Below are positions 52,446 to 64,000 of a stretch of DNA of 64,000 nt, piece by piece. The notes beneath the pieces are model-generated. The model searched no databases, was not told the origin of the DNA, and saw only the letters and a program-made list of their open reading frames with translations. Location: the NCBI RefSeq assembly GCF_009914755.1, contig NC_060927.1; one strand, given 5' to 3'. Numbering within the stretch: the stretch's first letter is position 1; each line of letters opens with the position of its first letter. This stretch comes from the human T2T-CHM13v2.0 reference genome, Homo sapiens. The translations under genes were made by a program, and so were the position numbers.

Positions 52446-54106
52446 TTAATTAAACAATTTCTTGGTATTGTTCAAAACATTAATCAAGCAATTATCTCAT
52501 AAGACTTTTTTTCTTTACAAAGGAAAATTTCCAATTTTGGTTTTAAAAAAGGCAAACCAGTAAGCTACATTAGAGATCAGATATAATATACAGCCTATGC
52601 AGCCACATGAGAAATAGTTTTTGCTGCTTTGTTATTACACAGGTAGTTGCTTCCTTCAGCTAAAGCCTGGAGTATTGTATTTCTTTTATGCATATTGGGT
52701 TTGGTTCTATTACTTGGCAGGAGATTGTACTCCCCTGAGTCAGCTGTGTTCATTGGTCAGAATAAATTCCAGCATCTGACACCAATTCCATTAATCACAG
52801 ACAAGCTTGAATAAGTGTAAGATAATAGAAAAAAATATCTAGTGAATGGCGAACATTGTCTATGTATGTATGCTATTCAGTAATACAGTAGAAGAGATCT
52901 GAGATATTGAGTTCAAGATATATGAAACTGTCTATCAAAAAGGATAAAAGTCCTCCTACATGAAATACTTTAATTCAGGCAAAAGGTGTATGAACCAAGT
53001 AAATCTCCACCCTGAAAGAACTTAAATTTCCATGTGAAGCCATCTTTATTTCCTTCTTTATTTCCAAATAATTGGCCACTTAGAAAGTGTGGACATTTCA
53101 TGATCGACAATATCAATACAGCCCAAACCCTGATTTCTATGATTAAAAATAATAATTTTAAATCACTTTCTCAATAAATAGAATATTACATTTCAACACA
53201 AAGTCTAACAATTTAGAAGCTGCTCTACACAATGTGCAGCTAGCTGTAGTCTCTTTGAAGAAAATGACTTTTTATCATTACACACATTTATGTTTATATT
53301 ATGGCCCACAGAAGGGCAGATTAGACTGAAATCTGTGTGATGCTCCTTCTACTACTTATTGAATAGTGTGTAGGGTTACAATCATTTGTTTACACCCCAG
53401 AGTTTTTCAACTATTTCATTTTTTTTTTTTTTTTTTCCCAATTAGGACTTAAGGAATGTGCTGGGACAAAGTTGGCTTCAGTGATCAGGTTGTTTCAAGT
53501 CTTAGAATTCAAACTTCAATTCTAAAAAAATTTTATCAACAAAACACTGTGACCAAAAAATCACTTTAAATCTTAAATATTGAAACGCAATAGCATATAA
53601 AGATGGTATAACCTAAGATGCTTTTATTTCATTATATTTTCAATATCTTTACGCATTATAACAACAGAAATGTAACCTACTCACATTGCCATTTGTTCCA
53701 TTATGCAATTTGAAGAAACATGTTTTCCTTTTATTTTTATGAACAGATATTTAGACATTTCACATTTTGTAAAACCACGTCTACAATCTCCAATTCCATT
53801 CTTCTGAGAGGCAAAATTTTACAATTAATATAGAAGGCAGAGTTTTTTAAACACCTTAAGTTTACTTATTAATTAGTATAGTAGCATATTTCAGATTCTT
53901 AGAATATGGAGCTAGAGGGTGCTCTTTCATACTAGAAAACCAACTATGTTGGTTTTTGTACTATTGTACAGTGTGTTCAAATATAGATACTGAAGACCTC
54001 TGCAAAATTTTAATCAAAATCTCCTTTCAGTTTGTTAAATAATTTCTTGGGAGGACCACTGAAAGAGATAAGTGTCCTCATGGTGAAATCGTGAATCTCT
54101 TCCAAA

Positions 54107-54519
54107 TTAATTCTTATAAAGGCAGTTCTGATTATGTTGATCCAAGTAATGCAGTGGTGGAAGGTTGGGTAAAGGCAAAGTTTTAGTTTTAGTTTCCCCA
54201 AATGCTGTCTCACTTGATTTAGGAGGACTTGGAAATACCCAGGAATTGTCTTCCAGAGAATTTCTGCCATAAGAACTGTGTTCCTGAAAGCATGTACCAT
54301 CATTAGGAATGGATCTCTCATTGTCTGTCCATGATTGGAGGATTGCTTTCTCTGATAAAACCTTTACATCTCCTGGTAAAGGGGAAGATGTGGTATGACA
54401 AAGAGCTTTGCCATTTGGTAAGAGAGGGGGATGTCTTGTGTATGTTGCAGTAAAATTCATCAAGTGCAGTTTTGTGCTGTCTCTTCCAAGGTCTTCACTG
54501 CATCCTACAGGGGCACAGG
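54107..54519 (-). CDS. AZI2: AZI2/NAP1 last coding exon: (A)CAPVGCSEDLGRDSTKLHLMNFTATY...SWVFPSPPKSS...HNQNCLYKN*
   Basis: Acceptor TGTGTTTTCTTTTTAG|CC; 413 nt = 2 + 137 codons; includes ORF-track 54107..54463; matches the AZI2 C-terminus as recalled. Confidence 0.96.
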
Positions 54520-54639
54520 CTAAAAAGAAAACACAGACTAAATGTCAGTTTTCATTACATTTGTGATCATAAAATTCGATAACACTTCACCAATTTGAAT
54601 TCTAGAACTGGTGATGAAATTAAGATTTCCAAGTTAGTG

Positions 54640-54830
54640 TGATCATTGAGGCACTGTGACTAGGAGATAAATGACAGATGATCTGAGTTTTAATCCTGGA
54701 TCAGCAATTTACTGTGACTTTAGATATTTGTCTCTTAGCTGCTCCTGATGTCTCTTTCCTTGTCTGCAGAATGGATATAGAATTCCTGTCCCAACTATGT
54801 CATAGAGCTTTTAAAAGATGAAGAACTACA
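54640..54830 (+). mobile_element. MIR SINE
   Basis: GATCTGAGTTTTAATCCTGG..TTTCCTTGTCTGCAGAATGGATATAG..TCATAGAGCT. Confidence 0.6.
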
Positions 54831-56897
54831 TATTTTTAAAAGTTGGAAACTAATACAGTTAAAATACAAATAAAGATCCTGTTCTTGGCTCTTATTGTGG
54901 CTGGAGAAGGATTGCAGACTGTTCACATGTCAGTGGGGACTGAGACAGTTCTTAAGTTTTAGCATTTTTTAGTTAAATATAATATTCCTTTGCTCAAACT
55001 CTTTGTCCACAGGCAGTCCAAAAGCAAATTTTTTAGAAATAATTGCATTTTTAATTGGTGAGACCCAAATGAAGTTTTTATATATCAAAGGCTTTTATGG
55101 ATAAAGCAGTTTAAATAAAATTTGTGAAATCTTGTTTCTTGTAAAACACAGCAAATGTTAATGCTACTGTGGTCACAATGTAGGTAAAGTAAAAAAAAAA
55201 AAAAAAACAGCCAAAAAAAAAAAGTTTTGTACAAATGCAATGGCCTAGAAAAAGACTACTTAAAAGCTATTATTTCACCACAGCCAGCACATTGGTAATA
55301 CAGGTTTCTCCACTCCCTCCAGCTCAGCCTACCAGTGTGGAAAGGTAAGTTTATCCTTAGCTCAAGAAGGATGGCCAAGTGTAACTAAGGCTTGACTTCA
55401 TGTAATTTTAGAAGAAACAGATTGAACGACATTATAAAATAAGTTCATTGTTTTTCCTGGGAGGGTGGATATGGATGGAGGAGAACTGGAAGTGTAGTGT
55501 TTGGCTTTGGAAAAAAGGTGATACAAAGGTCAGGAGAAAGGTGGTTCTAGTCTCATCTCTGTACTCCTCAAAGCAATGAGTTCTGTGTAAGGAGTGGTGA
55601 CCTTGAGCCTACCACTGTCATAGGAAAAGTGCTAGAAAACTTATGTTCCAAAGCACCGAAAAATATTAATCAGCTAGGAAGGAACACAAGGATGAGCCAT
55701 GTCCAAGTATGAAAAGAGCATTGCTCCTTTATTATTCTTTGGTAGTTCTATTTATCATGTAAACAAAGCTACATTGAAAACTCAATGCAGAATTACTCTG
55801 TGAGTCCCTTTATAGAGAGATCTTATTTGTACATTCAACCTTTGGTCTCATATATAACTCTGACCACTGGAAAACTCAAGGACAAAGTGAACCAAAAATT
55901 AAGCTGGACTTGCTAAAACACCATACTATTTTCCCTGATTTATATGTAACCAACTCTCTAAAAATGAAAAGGAGTTCTACATTCAATTTTCCTTCCCAAA
56001 ATTTAACATTTTTCCTCACTAATAAACACTCCTGAGGAGAACTATTTATGACACAATCCTCTTGTGTCCTCTTTAAGACAATGTGAAATATAAATAAGTA
56101 ATTTTAAACTAGATGGTGATAATCTTTTATAAAAAGTCCTATCTCATTTTTAAAAAGTAAATTTTAGGGCATTCAAATTTGTATCACACAACTTTTCAGA
56201 AATATACCTGTTATGTAATACTAGGTACAAATGTACTGATTTTTCTCCAAGGTATAAAAATAGCTTTGGCGAAAGTAGCTACTACTAGTTAACACAAAAC
56301 TCAAGAAGTTAAATCAGTCAAGCAGTTAAATATGAAAGGCAAAGCAATGAAAATTTTTGTTTGGTTGAAGGGCATAAGGGGAGAACACCTAGTCTTCGTT
56401 GTAATCAGCTATATCCTTTATGGAAAGAAAAGCTTATAAGAAATGCAAAAACCCAAATAATGAATCAAAGTTTGTTTTCTTTTTCAAAACAACCTAAAAA
56501 GCTAGGTGTTTGGTGTATTCTGTAGCACTGGAATGAAAATTTGCTTTTGGTGTCTTTTTTTTTTTTTTTTTCAAATATATGAAGTAGCTGTGGTAAAAGG
56601 TCAACTAGAGCAAACTTAACACCTCAGTCTTATACACATAAGCAACACTTGGCTGAGAAAAGCCACAAGGGGAAAAGAATACAGTACTGAAGAAAAAACA
56701 CATCAGCAACACCTTTATGTGTGAAGTTGACCAGTATGAGACTGAAGCCAAAGCAGAGAATGGGTAGGCTGCGAATGTACTATATATACTTTGGCTTATC
56801 AATCTCTCATTTGATGAGATTTTGATAAGATATGACAGCTAGTTGCTCTTCAGGCAGTTTGGCTGGAATCAGTGGTTTCCGGTAAACAGTGACTTGC

Positions 56898-57016
56898 CTT
56901 TCTTGATTGCAGTTGAGGTTTTCAGTTTTCTTAGTAGTTCAGCTTGTACTTGAGTCACCAGATGTAAATTAGACATTTCTCTCTTCAGTTCCCAGTATGC
57001 ATGCTGCATATTATCA
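56898..57016 (-). CDS. AZI2: AZI2 penultimate exon, 119 nt, TBK1/IKKe-binding domain: (S)DNMQHAYWELKREMSNLHLVTQVQAELLRKLKTSTAIKK(A)
   Basis: Acceptor TTTATTTCAG|T; donor AAG|GCAAGT (GC); phases fit both neighbours (AG|T, G|CC); AYWELK..M motif of the TANK/NAP1/SINTBAD TBK1-binding domain. Confidence 0.95.
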
Positions 57017-59229
57017 CTGAAATAAATTTTTTTACAAAAAGTTAATACTCATCATTCTTTTTTAGACAAAAGGGAATAACTTTAGAAATATGCAGATCAA
57101 GTTTCTGCTCCAATTAGTTTTGAGATGATGTAAACTGAAAAAAACAATTGAAAGATATTTAACTAGGGCATTAATAAGTGAAAAGATCTTGAAAGAATAA
57201 CACTGTCCATCTGATATGTAGCAATTAACTATTATATTAAACGGTATAATAAAAATAAAATTATAACTGATAAGAGCTTCTTGCAGAGTCTCAGAACTGA
57301 GATTTCATTTTAGGCTGTAATGTGCAGCTATTAATTAGTAAGTAGTAAGAAATACATTCTTTATTTGCAAATCTGATTAAGAGTAAAGTTACATTCATTC
57401 AAATATGGATCAATTTGTATTTATCTTTTGATTGTTTTGACACTGTGAATTGAAATGATATATCAACTGCTGAATATATATCCAAGTCTACATTAAAATA
57501 AAATTTAGGTTTCATGCATTACATTCTTTATGTTTGACTGGGCTGTCTCATAATGTTGGTTCTAAACCAATGTGACATGACAGCACAAGACATGAAGAGC
57601 CAGATGATTTCCTGGTAAGGAAAAAGAAGCTAGAGAGGGAAGATTATATGAAACAGAAATAGAAACTTCAAAAATGCCTCTCCTGTTTTTATAATTAAAA
57701 GTATTTTACCTCAATTATCTAAGAAATTATAATTAGTGATTTTAAATCTAATTTTTATAGATTTTGTTTTCCATTAAACATTCATATTCAGACATTCATG
57801 ATTTTCTTTTTTTGCTGCTTAATTGCCAACTAAATGAAATTAAAATCTTCAGCACATATTCTCATTTTGTTGTACAGGAATATCACAAAATATTAAATGT
57901 AAGACTAAATCTTATAACATTAAAAAAAAATTATTACCCCTTAGATACTAGTGTAATTTTAATAGTACAGAAATCAAACTAGACAAACGTGTCACCTTAT
58001 GCTTCAATTTTTGTGTTGCCATAAACACTTAAACTTCAAAAGGATAACATTTTTGAAATCTAATATCTCAAATTACAGAATATAGTTTATATTTAATATA
58101 TAATATATAAAATATTTTGAATTCTGTAAGGTGAAATACCTTTTTGTCAATAAACTTTACACTGCTTTTCAGAAAAATCTGCTTTAGTCTGTTGTAAACA
58201 TCATTTGTTAAGTTGTAGTATATTAGAAATCAGAGCTCTTTGCAAGTTTTTAATAGGTGTCAAATAATTAGTTCACAAAATTAACCATGTCTACTTCACC
58301 AAAAAACATCTGAGTTGTTTGCTACAATGAATGTTTCACATAGGAACCTGTCTTAAGTGTGAAGAGAGTTGTTGGTTTCTTGGTACAATTCTAGGCATTC
58401 AGTATGCTTTCCGAAGAGTTACTCACATTATATAGCAGTAAGTGTAAACACTGAACATGTGCTAATTCATTCATTCAGTCATGGTATGAATAATACAGCT
58501 TAAAAATAGTTTATTATTGGTGCGAGACAGTAAATCAGTGCCTGTTTTAGAGAAAAGAAGAGCAAATACTGAAGACAGTTCTGAGTACTAAAATACACAG
58601 CTAGGCATGGAAATAAACAATTCTAGTAACGTTTACAGTGCCTAATAAAAACTTTTCAGTTCAATTTAATGAAGACTGCTTAAAACTTAGGTTTAGTTAA
58701 AAACTAGGTCACTGAGTTTAATACACATGTAGTCTTGTTTTTTGCTCTTAATGTAACCTGAATTTAAAACTACAGATAGACAAATCTAAAATTATTACTA
58801 AGTATAGCTCTCCCTCTTGTGGATAAGAAAATAACTGCAGTTAGTGTTTCCCACTTTACAGTTAACATTAAAAGTGCTACAATCTTCAAAGTGTGTAAAA
58901 AATTATTTTAAATTCTATCTACTTGAACAAAATGTTTAAACCATTATTTAAATGATATTGGAAAAGGCAAGTTGTCATCCCTAATTTTTAGCAGGCTTCC
59001 AATTAAACCTCTTATCTAGGTATTTCAAAGACAATGTATAGATTGTGACCTTCCTATCCTCACCGCAGTTCCCCAACTGGGAGTATAAAGTTTAGTTTTG
59101 CTTTAAATGCCACACAAGCAAAATGCTAGTAATATATATAGTTGTCTATAAAGAACTTATACAACTACTTAAAATATTGAAATGTTACACTGAAACTTCT
59201 CAAATGAGAACTCTAAAAACAGATAAAGC

Positions 59230-59420
59230 ACAAATAATGATGGCTGAGCACTTATTATATACTAGGCACTTCACCTACATTGTCACACCAACTTGGTAAA
59301 GTGAGTAACCTCATTTTACACACGAGGAAATGGGTTGAGAAGTCTACTCCAGTCTGCCATGTTGCTGTTCAAAGCTGTCTTTCACTTAACCCGGTCTAAT
59401 GACTGATCACTGCCCTTTTG
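59230..59420 (-). mobile_element. MIR SINE
   Basis: TGAGCACTTATTATATACTAGGCACT..CCTCATTTTACACACGAGGAAATGGG. Confidence 0.6.
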
Positions 59421-60103
59421 GAGTAACATTTTTGATATCATCATCAATTACCAAGCACCTACAATATGCTGACTGCCAACACAATCTTATAAGTTTTATA
59501 CTTCTCAGTATAAAACTTCACATCTCTGACTTTTAAGTGAAACCTGCATGTCCACAACTGAAGGAGGGAGTACATGTCCTGCTTACAAAGTGTAACAGCT
59601 AAAAGCCCAGCTTTCTTAATTGACACTATATATGGAACTCTTTAATACACAAATAACTATTCCTTGTATAAGAAAAATCCACTTACTTGAGTTTCTACTT
59701 CAGCCATACATATTTTTCTTTAGCATTTGAAAATTTACTGAACTATTACATCCTCCATCATCACAGTAGAATTAAACTATGGGATATTCTTAGCCAAGAG
59801 TTATAGACTTAAAAGTGTGTATTTTGACAACTGCGGTTCCCCCCAAACAAGTGGCTCTCATTTTTTATTGCAAGGCACAGCAAGAATCATTTTACACTGC
59901 AACCCAAAGAAAACAAGTTCTAAGAAACCATACTTACCCTTATTGTGTGTAATGCACTCTGGTATTGGTGTGTTCTTTCTGACTTATTCCATATTTTTAT
60001 AATGCTTATTATAACTAATAAAATTTCACAGCACTAAGGAAACACAGAAGAGCCTGATAAACACTAACCTAATCTTTTTTTTTCTAAACCTGGAATTTAC
60101 ATT

Positions 60104-60212
60104 TTAGGAAGTCATCTGTAACACAGTTCCACAATGTAAGTTTACAGATGATGAGCAAAAGAAGTACAGCGACTCCCTGTCTAGATCTGGTTTAAAAACT
60201 GAAGCCATCAAC
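60104..60212 (-). CDS. AZI2: Candidate AZI2 alternative exon giving a truncated C-terminus (R)LMASVFKPDLDRESLYFFCSSSVNLHCGTVLQMTS*
   Basis: Acceptor TGTTTTGATTTTGGCTTTAG|G; continues the phase-2 frame of exon 62436-62494 for 36 residues; AATAAA at 59864-59869 and donor AGG|GTAAGT at 59938/59937 downstream. Confidence 0.55.
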
Positions 60213-61519
60213 CTAAAGCCAAAATCAAAACAGGACACTGGCAAGACATTGGTTAAATTTCTGATAGGGCTATTATTGTTAAATGATGTTTTATACAAGG
60301 AGTATCATATAAAAGGCCTCCAGTAATTAAAAGGTTCACTCTATCTTAAGATAGAGAAACAGTATACTACACCTCATTTGCCTAGCAATATGATGGAAGA
60401 AATACAAAAAAGGAGAGTTCCAAAAAAGCAAGTTATCTAAATAACTGAAAAATATTCCTTAAAAATATCTAAACCTTTAGTTAATGGTTTAATGGAAATA
60501 TCCCTATATACTTTCTCCAATATAGTAAACTAATCTGTCATCTGAATTGTTCCTCTTAAAAGTAGATGAAGTAACTTACAAAGATTAACAAAACACAAGA
60601 ACATAAACTGCAAACAGGCAGAAATGATGAGGCGAAAAATAGAAAACAAAACAAAATGCAGTGGAGAATGAGGTTAACATAAAAATGCATGATAAAAGTT
60701 GACCAACAGTAGGCCACAAATTTGGTTATAAGTTTTCTAGTACATAACCAGAAGAGAGAAACCTAATCAGTTTTGCAGTTCACATTGTCTACCTGATACA
60801 AATGCAAACCAATTTGCAAAAAACCACAAGTGTATATGAGCACTAAGAGAGCCACTGGAACATGCTGTAATTACACAATTCTTTACATACATACTGTTGG
60901 TATGGCTTTAACGTGAAGTAACTTTTAAACTGAATTTAAGGCAATTATTTCTAAAAACTGTCCTCTGAATTGATACTGAGCTTTAAAGAATTGCGAGACT
61001 ATACTCTGGAGCCACAATTACAGCTTTGCAGCCTTGAAAATATCTCCTTGGGACTCAACTTTCCCCAAATCCTGGCACAGAGATTTTTTCAGTATTTTGT
61101 TAGTTATCTGATGCCTTCAAACAGGTATTTTCTGGGGGAGTCAGGTTTTCAAGAAATTCTTAGTGGATATGACCCAAATTATGTAATCTCCCATGAATGG
61201 AAGCAGAAATTCCATTCTATATCACATGCTTCAAATGTACTATTTATATAGCCCCTGTATTTGATCTCTTTTGATGATATTATTCATTCTCTACTCCTTT
61301 CTAAACTGATTAGAAGTGGCTTATAAAAAGGACAATACAGAAAAATAAGGGGAAACCTAGGTTGACAGGAGAAAAGATAACAAGATAATTTTAAGGAATA
61401 GTTTACATGGATACTATACTAGACACATTTTTCAAAAAAAGAAAAAGTTTCCTTGCAGTAAACTTAGATAAAATTCGAAGGCATAATTGAAGTACTGTTC
61501 AAATGGCAGAGTTAAATAA

Positions 61520-61603
61520 CAACAGAGACTGTACTGCCAGCTCACAAAGCCGAATAAAACAGTTACTGCTGGCACTTTATAGAAAAAGTCTGCCAACCCC
61601 TGA
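61520..61603 (+). mobile_element. MER58 3' fragment
   Basis: CAACAGAGACTGTA..CACAAAGCC..CTTTATAGAAAAAGTCTGCCAACCCCTG. Confidence 0.7.
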
Positions 61604-61977
61604 TCTAGAAGAGTGGCTGTATCTCATTTCCTCAAATTGTTTTTCCTAATTGATCATTTCTCTAAAGCAGGTTTTTGATAGAAATTGGCCTGACACAATT
61701 CACATTATTTACTTAGGTCAGTAAACTTGGGAAGCCAAATGATAAAACAATGAAGTCAGATCAGTATTTTTTATTGGATGGAGGGTAACAATGTAGAGAG
61801 GCTATCTTAACATAGTAGAAACAACAATTATTAGATAGCTTAAAACACAGAATTGAAGTTACTTAAGTAAAAATGATACGTATTTGAGGAAAAAGGGTTG
61901 AAAAAGTATATGAACTCTGATGGCTACTTCTATTCTTATGCGAAGAGGGAACAGTCCTCAAAATTCATGCTATCCCA

Positions 61978-62052
61978 TGATTGCGCCACTGCACTCCAGG
62001 CTGTGCTACAGATACTCTGTCTCAAAAAACAAAAAACAAAAAAAAAATAAAT
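61978..62052 (+). mobile_element. Severely 5'-truncated Alu with A-tail
   Basis: GATTGCGCCACTGCACTCCAG..TGTCTC-A tail; perfect 14-bp TSD TTCATGCTATCCCA at 61964-61977 and 62053-62066. Confidence 0.9.
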
Positions 62053-62435
62053 TTCATGCTATCCCAAAGACTAACAATGGCCAAGTAGGCTCTTAAGACA
62101 AAGGAATGTTATTATATATAATGAATAATTCTTCATGTACAAATTCAGTATTACAGAATACCTCCACATAGCTAGTTCCCTAAAATCATACCTAAAATAT
62201 TACTAAATGTTCAGAAAGTTTAAGGCATCCTGTTTTTGTATTACTTAAATTCAAAGCTGTTATTAACAATTAAATTTTATTCTACAAATTTATTGTGATC
62301 AGAGGTTACATCAGTATCCAAACAATATCCATTTTTTGTTTTTAAGGTTAAGTCATAAAAGAAATCTAAGGACCTACACAAAGTGACTTATGGAAGAAGA
62401 CAACGTATTGTCTTAATGCTGAAGAGTGGTCATAC

Positions 62436-62494
62436 CTTGAAATGCTTAGTTTTTGGAGATCTCTGCTCTTCAGATTGTCTTCCTGATATGGATC
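62436..62494 (-). CDS. AZI2: AZI2 internal coding exon, 59 nt: DPYQEDNLKSRDLQKLSIS(S)
   Basis: Acceptor TGACAG|GAT, donor AAG|GTATGA; in frame with exon 56898-57016; matches recalled AZI2 sequence. Confidence 0.93.
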
Positions 62495-64000
62495 CTGTCA
62501 TTTGTTTAAAAAAAAGAAGTTTAAAAGTTGTAATTTTTACAATTTATTTAGTCTCAGCTCTTTCTTACCAGAGACATGTTCAGGTTTTACAGAATATATC
62601 TGTAAGTGCAAAGAATACAATTAGATTTTATACTCAATTTTAATGAAATACCTCCAATCTATAACAAATATCTCTAAATCACGTCCAATGGTTTAAAGTA
62701 TTAATGCTTTAATTTTCTTTAAAAGAATAAAATTGCTCTCATTCTGTAAAAGACCTTGTAATCTTACAAAATATATTTCTAAAGACACCAATCTGAAGTG
62801 TATATTCAAAAAAGTGTTACACATTTGTCACATTTCTGTTTACTTATGGTATGGGTGAATGAATTCTATGGGAAAATGGAAGTTTTTTTGGTATTTCACT
62901 TTTTCGTAGTATTACCAAAAACACACCAGAATTTTAACAGGTTACTGTTGTAAAACATCAGCATACATTTCCTCCTTCCACATGGATTAAAAATGACCTG
63001 GCAAGGACATCATAAAGTCCTTATATGCTTTTAAATTCAGTTGATTTAGGTTGCAGATATGACAGAACCTTCAGAAGATATTTTTAAATGACTTAGTATG
63101 TTTGAGACAACTCTAACACACTTGTTTGCAATGCATTCTCATTTAAGGATCTGTAACAAATGAAAATGATTATCACAGGTACTAATTCTCCTGGCAGATG
63201 TGGCCAGTATAAGCTCAGAATACAAATTTTAATTTTATTATTTCTTACTAATACAATCTAAATTATATAATTTGCAGTGAAACATTAAAAAGCAACACAA
63301 GGACTTCATGAGTACTCTCAACTTGAGAGTAAAATGTGAAAAATACCTAATCTTATAGGAGTTAAAACATTTCTGGATCTCTGATTTTAATACTCTAACA
63401 GTTAAGTTAAATCTTAGGGAGCCCTAAGGAGAGGGGAAACAGAACTGGCCCACAGGTCCAGGAGGTTTGACCACTAACGAGACACATCTCCTTGGACCTT
63501 GTTTTTTCCTGTGCCTTACAGGAAATAATGGAATCTGATCAGATCACTTTTAGTATCCTTGTATCATGAATTAAAATTTTTTTTTTAAAAATTAGTATAT
63601 ACTTATGCATATGTTCATTGAAAACCTTCCTCATTTTTAAAGCCAACAATATAAAAAAATTTGACAGTTTGAGTGGGAAAATGTTTTTCCAACTACTATC
63701 TAACAATTCAGAGACTCTAATGTACATCAGCAGTAAGCTCATAGAGACTGTATCTAGTATTCAAAGACCCTTTTGTTGGCTAGTAATAGATCACCTATGT
63801 CCTAAAGGTGGTAATGGATCTGTTCCCTAACTAGTGCCACATGATGTGGGAGTTTCATATAAGGTGAGGCCCATGGCTACAAAATCTTGGGAAATAATGT
63901 TCAAGTTATATAGGTTTCTATACTATAGCAGAACCTTTAATATACTACAGTACACTGTGAATCTCTAACTGGGCTACCGTTATTAGGGACTTTAGACGTC

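Noticed and set aside
54010-54321. 103-aa alternative-frame ORF overlapping the AZI2 last exon
   Set aside because: No independent start context or splice entry seen; explained as a shadow frame.
59681-59690. Extra - strand donor CAA|GTAAGT in the AZI2 intron
   Set aside because: No convincing upstream acceptor to define an exon.

Overview
Primate (very probably human) AT-rich, repeat-dense genomic DNA holding the 3' ends of two convergent spliced genes, which I recognise from their translations (from memory, no database search). On the + strand, most of a long CMC1 intron (1-46399) is followed by two CMC1 coding exons (46400-46490, 49575-49695; twin CX9C mitochondrial COX-assembly protein). 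On the - strand are the last three coding exons of AZI2/NAP1, the TBK1 adaptor (62436-62494, 56898-57016, 54107-54519), with a non-canonical GC-AG final intron. The rest is interspersed repeats (a decayed near-full-length L1PA, other L1s, about 14 Alu pieces, L2, MIR, MaLR LTRs, hAT and Tigger MITEs) and simple repeats. Nearly all ORFs in the track are repeat-derived or chance. I see no evidence of a wholly new biological system. The best leads are splicing-level: a stop-free, frame-preserving 96-nt candidate CMC1 cassette exon, and three alternative AZI2 3' exits placed around the TBK1-binding exon. Some of these may already be annotated. Exon boundaries are exact; old-repeat boundaries and subfamily names are approximate.
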